A stretch of 64,000 bases of DNA from Dehalococcoidia bacterium (GTDB lineage: Bacteria; Chloroflexota; Dehalococcoidia; Bin125), in NCBI GenBank assembly GCA_963555985.3, contig OY820591.1, forward strand, positions 640,001 through 704,000, given 5' to 3'. The position numbers and the translations under genes were made by a program. Numbering within the stretch: the stretch's first letter is position 1; each line of letters starts with the position of its first letter. Positions 58,006 through 64,000 of the stretch are shown piece after piece. The notes under the pieces are model-generated. The model ran no database searches, was not told the origin of the DNA, and worked only from the letters and a program-made list of their open reading frames with translations.

Positions 58006-59007
58006 CTATCGTAGCGCCACCTCAGGATCGCTTGGACGTGGGATCTCGTACCAGGGTTGATCGCAGAACTCCAGATCTTCTGGCGTCAACTCAAGTTCTG
58101 CGTAGCTCAGCGAATCGACGATTTGCTCGGCCCGGCTCGCGCCGACGATTGCGCTTGTGATCCCATCCTGCGCCAGTACCCAGGCGATTGCGGCGTGGGT
58201 GATGCTGACCTCTCGCTCGGCGAAGTATTTCTGTAGGCGGGCAACCTGTGCGAACTGGGCTTCGTCCCAGTAGCGGCGGCGGTAGCGCGGGCCGGCGCTG
58301 CCCAGGGTGAAGCGGGTGTTCTCGCGCAGGTCTTCGGTGTTGGCGTACTTGCCGGTCAGGAAGCCGCCCGCGAGGGGGTTGTAGGCGATGATCCCGACGC
58401 CCTGATCGCGGCAGAGCGGCAGCAGATCCGCCTCGATGTCGCGCCAGAGAATGTTGTAGCGCGGCTGGTCGCAGTCGAAGCGCGTGATCCCGGCCTTGTC
58501 CGACGCGCCCAGCGCCAGCGCCAACTGCCAGGCGCGGTAGTTCGACGCTCCCACGTAGCGCACCTTGCCCCAGCGCACGAGGTCGTCGAGCGCCTGCATC
58601 GTCTCCTCAATTGGCACCGACCAGTCGGGCGAGTGGAGTTGGTAGAGATCGATGTAGTCCGTCTTCAGTCGCCGCAGCGACTCGTCCACTGCCGCGAGAA
58701 TGTGCTGCCGCGACGCTCCGCGCTGATTCGGCGACGGCCCCATCGCGCCCACGCACTTGGTCGCCAGCACGATCTGGTCGCGCGGCTTGCCGGCCAGCCA
58801 ATCGCCGACGATCTCTTCCGTCGTCCCGACGACATTGGCGCCAATCGGGTACACGTCGGCGGTGTCGAAGAAGTTCAGGCCGCCGTCGAAGGCGGTGTCC
58901 ATGATCCGGTCGGCTTCAGCCTGTTCGGTCTGGAAACCGAAGGTCATCGTGCCCAGGCAGATTTCGGAGACGCGCAGTCCGGTGCGTCCCATGTTGCGGA
59001 ATTTCAT
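58006..59007 (-). CDS. Aldo/keto reductase
   Basis: LGTMTFG, DTADVY, YIDLYQLH, PLAGGFL. Confidence 0.95.
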   Translation of the reverse strand: MKFRNMGRTGLRVSEICLGTMTFGFQTEQAEADRIMDTAFDGGLNFFDTADVYPIGANVVGTTEEIVGDWLAGKPRDQIVLATKCVGAMGPSPNQRGASRQHILAAVDESLRRLKTDYIDLYQLHSPDWSVPIEETMQALDDLVRWGKVRYVGASNYRAWQLALALGASDKAGITRFDCDQPRYNILWRDIEADLLPLCRDQGVGIIAYNPLAGGFLTGKYANTEDLRENTRFTLGSAGPRYRRRYWDEAQFAQVARLQKYFAEREVSITHAAIAWVLAQDGITSAIVGASRAEQIVDSLSYAELELTPEDLEFCDQPWYEIPRPSDPEVALR

Positions 59008-59069
59008 TCAGTCACCTCCCTGTTCGAGAGCGTAGTCCGGTTCGATCTTGGCTCGCCGTACCGAGCGCC

Positions 59070-59993
59070 TTAGACAAACTGGCTCAGCACTTCGTTGTCC
59101 AGACGCTGGAAATACTCCGGATCATTGTCGCCCCGCCGACCGAACATGATCTCGTCGATGCCGAAGTCGATGAACTCGCCGATTCGCTGCACGATCTTAT
59201 CGGCTGTCCCGTTGAGCGTGCCGGGACCGATCCGCTCCTCCCATTCCCGCGCGGCAGCTTCGTCATCGGTCAGCAGGCAGGGCATCAGCGCCGTGATCTT
59301 GATCTCCGCGGGGTCGCGCCCCACTGTCTCGCAGTGCTTGTGCAGGATGTCGACCTTCTCCTTGAGCAGCTCCACCGACATTCCCCTTCCCGCCCAGCCG
59401 TCGAGATTGAAGATGTCGCCGTACATGGCCAAGGTCTTGAGCGTCCGCTTGGGGCCGGTGCCGCCGACCAGGATCGGGATCGGTTCGCTATAACTGCCGG
59501 GCGAGAGCGGCGCGTCGTCGAGCGAATAGTATTGGCCGTCAAATGTGACTCGTTCGTTGTTCGCGTGCAAGATCGTTCGCAGCATTCGACAGGCTTCTTC
59601 GAAGCGATCCTGGCGCTCTTTCATGCCGGGGAAGTCCCAGCCGTAGGCCGCGTGCTCGCGGCGGAACCAGGAGGCGCCGATGCCGAGGGTGAAGCGTCCG
59701 TGCGAGATGTGATCGATGCTGCCCGCGATCTTCGCCACGAGGCCGGGATTGCGGTAGGTATTGCCGAGCACGAGATGACCAATCCGCAGCGTCTCGGTGC
59801 AGACCGCGACTGCGGCTGCGAGCGAAAACGCTTCGTAGGCCTCGCGGCCCTCTACCTCGACGCCTCGATTCGGCGGGACGAAATGATCCGCGAACCAGAT
59901 CGAGCTGTAGCGACCGGTGTCCATCGTCTGCGCGACCGTGCGGATGTCGTCCCAGGAGGTGAGGTAGGCGGAGACTTGAGCGCCGAACTGCAT
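59070..59993 (-). CDS. LLM-class flavin/F420-dependent oxidoreductase
   Basis: WFADHF, NTYRNP, LGIGASW..EH.AYG. Confidence 0.92.
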   Translation of the reverse strand: MQFGAQVSAYLTSWDDIRTVAQTMDTGRYSSIWFADHFVPPNRGVEVEGREAYEAFSLAAAVAVCTETLRIGHLVLGNTYRNPGLVAKIAGSIDHISHGRFTLGIGASWFRREHAAYGWDFPGMKERQDRFEEACRMLRTILHANNERVTFDGQYYSLDDAPLSPGSYSEPIPILVGGTGPKRTLKTLAMYGDIFNLDGWAGRGMSVELLKEKVDILHKHCETVGRDPAEIKITALMPCLLTDDEAAAREWEERIGPGTLNGTADKIVQRIGEFIDFGIDEIMFGRRGDNDPEYFQRLDNEVLSQFV

Positions 59994-60073
59994 GGCGATC
60001 CTTTCGCTGGCGCGGACAGTCTAGGCGGCGGCGCGGTTAGGCTAGGGCGAACTGCGACGACTGGAGGCGTGTG

Positions 60074-61042
60074 ATGCGTGTGCTCGTGATGCCCGGACTG
60101 ACCCTGCCCGAAGTGACCGACGCCCAACTCGACTTGATCCGCAACGCCGCCGGCGACGAGGCCGAAGTGGTCGTCGCCAACAACCGCGAAGACGCGCTCG
60201 AACTGATCCCCGACGCCGAAGTCCTGCTCGGCTACCTCACGCCCGACCTCTTCGCCGAGGCGAACCAACTCAAGTGGGTCCACGCGACCGCTTCCGGCGT
60301 GGACGGCTACCTCTTCGACGCCTTTAAAGAGTCCGACATCCCCCTCACCGGCGAGAAGGGACTGGTCGGGCCGCATCTCGCCGACCATGCCTTTGCGTTG
60401 CTGCTGGCGTTGGCGCGCTCGCTCAAACCCGCGCTCACGCTGAAAGGCGAGGCTTGGGGATCGCGCGTACCGATGCGGCGGGCTGCGTTCGAGCTCTCCG
60501 GGCTGACCATGGGCATCGTCGGCTACGGCGGGACCGGCAAGGCGATCGGACAGCGGGCCAAGGGGTTTGGCATGAACGTGCGCGCGATTGACGCGCTGCC
60601 CGTGCCCGGAACGCCCGAAGTGCCCGTCGTGCTGGGCATGAAATCGCTGCCCGACCTGCTGGCCAAATCCGATGTGGTCGCAGTCTGCACCCCGCTCACC
60701 GCCGAGACGCGCCACCTCTTTAATGGTGAGACCTTCGCCCAGATGAAACCCGGTTCGGTGATCGTCAACGTGACTCGGGGTGAAATCATCGAACTCGAAG
60801 CGTTGATCGACGCCGTCGAATCCGGACACCTGCGCGGCGCAGCCCTCGATGTGGTCGAGGGCGAGCCGCTGCCGCCTGACCATCGCGTCTTCGCGATCGA
60901 CCAGATCGTGATGACCCCCCACACCGCCGGGGCGAGCCAACTCCGAGCCGGACGCAACCTCGAACGTTTCTGCGAGAATCTGCGCCGCTACCGGCGCGGG
61001 CATGAACTGGTCGGTCAAGTCGACAAGCAGGCCGGGTTCTGA
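60074..61042 (+). CDS. D-2-hydroxyacid dehydrogenase
   Basis: GYGGTG, PLTAET, NVTRG, LDV..EPLP, TPH. Confidence 0.93.
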   Translation: MRVLVMPGLTLPEVTDAQLDLIRNAAGDEAEVVVANNREDALELIPDAEVLLGYLTPDLFAEANQLKWVHATASGVDGYLFDAFKESDIPLTGEKGLVGPHLADHAFALLLALARSLKPALTLKGEAWGSRVPMRRAAFELSGLTMGIVGYGGTGKAIGQRAKGFGMNVRAIDALPVPGTPEVPVVLGMKSLPDLLAKSDVVAVCTPLTAETRHLFNGETFAQMKPGSVIVNVTRGEIIELEALIDAVESGHLRGAALDVVEGEPLPPDHRVFAIDQIVMTPHTAGASQLRAGRNLERFCENLRRYRRGHELVGQVDKQAGF

Positions 61043-61049
61043 GCCGTCT

Positions 61050-61862
61050 GTGGACTACCGCCCCGAACTCCAGACCGCCCAGGAAGCCGCGCGCCGCGCC
61101 GGACAGATCCTCCTCCGCTACCGCGAGCGGGGCGCTCGCTACGGCTGGAAGCAGTCCAACCGCGACGGCTTCCTCAACTACGAGGTCGTCTCCGAGGCCG
61201 ATGTCGAGGTCGACGCCGCCCTGCGCGAGACCTTGCTGGGCGCGTTCCCGGAGGACGGCTGGCTCTCGGAGGAGCAGCACGACGATCCCCATGCTCCCGG
61301 CGGACGCCTCAAGCGCGAGCGCGTCTGGATCGTCGATCCGCTCGACGGTACGCGCGAGTTCCTCCAGGGCATTCCCGAATACGCCGTCTCGATTGCGCTG
61401 ACCGTGCGGGGCGAGCCGGTGCTGGGCGTCGTCTACAACCCCGCCGCCGACGAGATCTACGCCGCCGCGACCCCGAGCGCCGACGACCGCTTCGCGCTTG
61501 ACCCCGCCCAGACCTTGCGCGACAGTTTCATGCTCGCCGGACGGGGCGAGTGGCGCTTCGGCGACCTTCCGCCCGTACCCGACGGCACCAAACTGATGCC
61601 GGTCGGCTCGATCGCCTACCGCATGGCCCTGCTCGCGACCGGTACCGGCTGTCTGATCTTCACCGTCGGCCGCCGCCGCGAGTGGGACGTCGCCGCCGGC
61701 GCCGCCCTGCTCAGCGCAGCAGGCGCGACGGTGACGGACGTACACGGGCGTCCGCTGCGCTTCAATCAGCCCGAGACGGAAGTAGACGGCCTGATCGCGG
61801 CGCGGGCCCAGATCCACGCAGCGGCGCGCTCGATGTGGATGGGTTCGGGCTGGCGGATTTGA
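61050..61862 (+). CDS. Inositol monophosphatase/CysQ family
   Basis: LSEE, WIVDPLDGTREF, EWDVAAG. Confidence 0.92.
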   Translation: MDYRPELQTAQEAARRAGQILLRYRERGARYGWKQSNRDGFLNYEVVSEADVEVDAALRETLLGAFPEDGWLSEEQHDDPHAPGGRLKRERVWIVDPLDGTREFLQGIPEYAVSIALTVRGEPVLGVVYNPAADEIYAAATPSADDRFALDPAQTLRDSFMLAGRGEWRFGDLPPVPDGTKLMPVGSIAYRMALLATGTGCLIFTVGRRREWDVAAGAALLSAAGATVTDVHGRPLRFNQPETEVDGLIAARAQIHAAARSMWMGSGWRI

Positions 61863-61953
61863 GCGCTCCGTGATTGCCGCGCTCAGCGGCGTCGCGGGAA
61901 GAGCGGAGAATGAGGCGCGCCCGCGACTTATACTCGCTGCGAGGCGGGAACGC

Positions 61954-62367
61954 ATGATGACTGACTCTCACGCGCTGATTGACGCGATTGCCGAGCGAAT
62001 CGGTGAATCAGATCAGCGCCGCGCGGAGCAGTTCCTGGACGATCTGCGTCAGGAGGGCCGCCTGCCCGGTCGGCGCGGACGTTTGGCATATCGTCTGCGC
62101 CGCGCCCGGCGGACCCTGCGCGGCTGGTTCGGACCTGTGTTTGAGGCGGTCAAGATCCTGTTCACCGGTCGGCGTCCTGCTTCGTACTGGGTGGATTTGA
62201 TGGATCAGCTGACCGCCGACGGGTGGTCGGAGGAACGCGCGGGCCAAGAGGTCGCCTGGAAGATGCGTAGGGAGGGCACTGACCAGTTGCTCCGATGGGT
62301 CCTCTGGCTTGGAGTCATTTGCATCGTCTTGACCATCGTCATGTTGGTGCGCGTCATCATGGCCTAA
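61954..62367 (+). CDS. Hypothetical protein with C-terminal TM helix
   Basis: Open frame filling the gap, hydrophobic C-terminus. Confidence 0.6.
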   Translation: MMTDSHALIDAIAERIGESDQRRAEQFLDDLRQEGRLPGRRGRLAYRLRRARRTLRGWFGPVFEAVKILFTGRRPASYWVDLMDQLTADGWSEERAGQEVAWKMRREGTDQLLRWVLWLGVICIVLTIVMLVRVIMA

Positions 62368-62374
62368 TTCCTTT

Positions 62375-62694
62375 CCGTCATTGCCGCACAGGGAGACGTT
62401 TGCTCAATCCTCGATCTGCGCGTTTCGTCATTCCCGCGAACGCGGGAATCCACGTCCCACTCGAGACGACGCATGGATTCCCGCCTGCGGAGACGTTTGC
62501 GAAATCCACCCCAGTACGTTGGGGCTTCGGAGGAGCGGATCGTGCAATGTGAGGTCGGTGGTACGACCAGATTAGGAGTGATTTCACACTTGGTTGCTTC
62601 GAGATTCCCGCCTGCGCGGGAATGACGGAAATGGGGATTCTGCACAGGCCTCCCCGCGCGGGAATGACGGAAATGGGGATTACGCGCAGGTCTC
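62375..62694. repeat. Nested REP/MITE cluster
   Basis: Multiple CGTCATTCCCGCG/GCGGGAATGACG units and four GAGRC.. ends (62393, 62490, rc 62652, rc 62694). Confidence 0.85.
62490..62652. mobile_element. 163-bp MITE (copy 2) inserted in a REP
   Basis: TIRs GAGACGTTTGCGAAATCC / rc GAGGCCTGTGCAGAATCC; flanks CCTGCG and CCCGCG. Confidence 0.8.
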
Positions 62695-62707
62695 TATACT
62701 GACCCGC

Positions 62708-63052
62708 ATGACCACCGAGACCGCACCCGACCCCACGATCGCAGCCTGGTCCGACCGACTCGAGGAGGACCTGCTCGACGCCGGCATGGACAAACCTCAG
62801 GCACGCGCCTACCGACTCGCCTTCGAACTCGGACTCACCCGCGTGATCTCCCAGACCGCAACCCGGCAGGAGCTCCAAGACGGCCTCACCGCGTTGCGCC
62901 GGGAACTCAACGATCTACGCCAGGAATTCAAGGCTGATCTCGCCGACCTCCGCGCCGACCTTCGCCGTGAGTTGGACATCCGCTTCGCCCTGCTGATCGC
63001 CATGCAGGCCGGCCTCTTCGCGGTCCTCGGCGTCATCCTTTCCAAAATCTGA
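62708..63052 (+). CDS. DUF1640/CCDC90-like coiled-coil protein with C-terminal TM
   Basis: L.DAGM...QA, ATRQEL, heptad repeats, hydrophobic tail. Confidence 0.7.
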   Translation: MTTETAPDPTIAAWSDRLEEDLLDAGMDKPQARAYRLAFELGLTRVISQTATRQELQDGLTALRRELNDLRQEFKADLADLRADLRRELDIRFALLIAMQAGLFAVLGVILSKI

Positions 63053-63170
63053 CCTCATATACTCACCCGCATGACGACTGAGGCCGCCCTGATCGCGCTC
63101 GTCGCCTAGACACACACCCACTCAACGTAACCCCAATGTAATTCCCATTAACGCTGACCCGCTTCCCGCG

Positions 63171-63199
63171 TTGACCGCTCTCGCCGCAGACGCCAAGAT
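63171..63199 (+). promoter_or_regulatory. Sigma70-type promoter of the surface-protein gene
   Basis: TTGACC-17 nt-CAAGAT. Confidence 0.55.
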
Positions 63200-63346
63200 G
63201 CACCTATCAGTGTCGACAGCCGCGCCCTCAGTGCGCGCGGCCCCAGCGAAGGAGTGAGGCCCGCGAACCTCCGCTCGAATTTCGAGAAGGCCGCGCCCAA
63301 GTGGGAAACAGGATCCCGCAGGGCGCGACACAGGAAGGAAACAGAG

Positions 63347-64000
63347 ATGACGCAAGCGCTCACGCGCAAGCGCATGCACCTGGTGGCGTTGGCGGCCCTG
63401 CTCGCCCTCGTCGCCGCCATGTTCGTCTCGCTGCAGTCCGCCAGCGCAGCCGCGTTGGGCAGCTGTGTAGGCAACCCGGACATCTCGGTCGGCATCGGCG
63501 ACAACTGCAACATCAAGGTTGACGGTGCCACATCTAACACGGACTCTGACTCGAGCAGTGACTCCATCGCCACTGTCGCCCGGGCGCAAGACAGCCAAAA
63601 CAATGATCTTCCGGACACATTCCGCGTCAACGGTGTAGCCGCTGGCGAAGCGAAGATCTACATCGGCGACTTGGGCAATGACGACCAACTTGGTGGCACC
63701 GGCGACGCTGCTGACGGTGTCTACTCCACGTTCAACGTCACGGTTGTCGGCTTCGCGATCACCAAGCTCGAGGTCGTCGACGACGCGGACAACACCGTTA
63801 AGGCCGGTCCGCAGATCACCGTGAAGGCGACCGTTCGCGCCGCCACCTCGAATGCGGTGGTGAACCTCACCGTGCCGACCACCGGTCTGTCGATCCAGAA
63901 CAACAACACCACTACCAACGGGCTGACCTCGGCGGCGCTCGCTGGCGCTACAGCCACGAAGACCACCACGTTCACGGTGAATACGGCCGGCGCCCCGGCG
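63347..64000 (+). CDS. Secreted/S-layer-like protein (partial, runs off window; absent from ORF track)
   Basis: AGGAAGGA RBS, signal peptide MTQALTRKRMHLVALAALL..ASA, T/N/D/A/V-rich beta-strand-like sequence, no stop to 64000. Confidence 0.8.
   Translation, partial: MTQALTRKRMHLVALAALLALVAAMFVSLQSASAAALGSCVGNPDISVGIGDNCNIKVDGATSNTDSDSSSDSIATVARAQDSQNNDLPDTFRVNGVAAGEAKIYIGDLGNDDQLGGTGDAADGVYSTFNVTVVGFAITKLEVVDDADNTVKAGPQITVKATVRAATSNAVVNLTVPTTGLSIQNNNTTTNGLTSAALAGATATKTTTFTVNTAGAPA

Noticed and set aside
62364-62878. ORFs over repeat clusters (also 24219-24709, 26522-26768, 37377-37625, 37830-38260)
   Set aside because: Translations of REP/MITE DNA (VIPA, RHSR, GEMS words)

Overview
GC-rich bacterial chromosomal segment. 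Gene content (LLM/F420-type oxidoreductases, several SDRs, CaiB/BaiF CoA-transferases, amidohydrolase, enolase-superfamily, HAD, Uma2, amt-glnK, addAB) resembles Chloroflexota Dehalococcoidia/SAR202-like bacteria; this is inference. The catabolic backbone is punctuated by one- or two-gene TA/defence-type cassettes (XRE-ImmA/IrrE + PIN, DUF433 + VapC45-like, DUF2442x2 + DUF4160, AlbA_2, DUF3800, Mrr) and by two palindromic repeat families. No rRNA, tRNA, CRISPR, integrase or transposase was seen. Most notable: (1) a stand-alone phage-type terminase large subunit with a coupled small upstream gene and no other phage genes, plus a second, MITE-truncated paralog of that small gene 13 kb away behind the same leader and next to a 10-bp-period array; (2) a ~163-bp MITE that inserts at a fixed position in CGTC-type REP palindromes (6-bp TSD) and carries its own target, giving nested arrays; (3) a UGSC selenoprotein split by the ORF track; (4) a promoter-driven structured RNA converging on DUF3800; (5) kb-scale strand-skew halos around accessory slots; (6) a nuclease-degenerate AddB. 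All family calls are from motif recognition by eye, not database searches.
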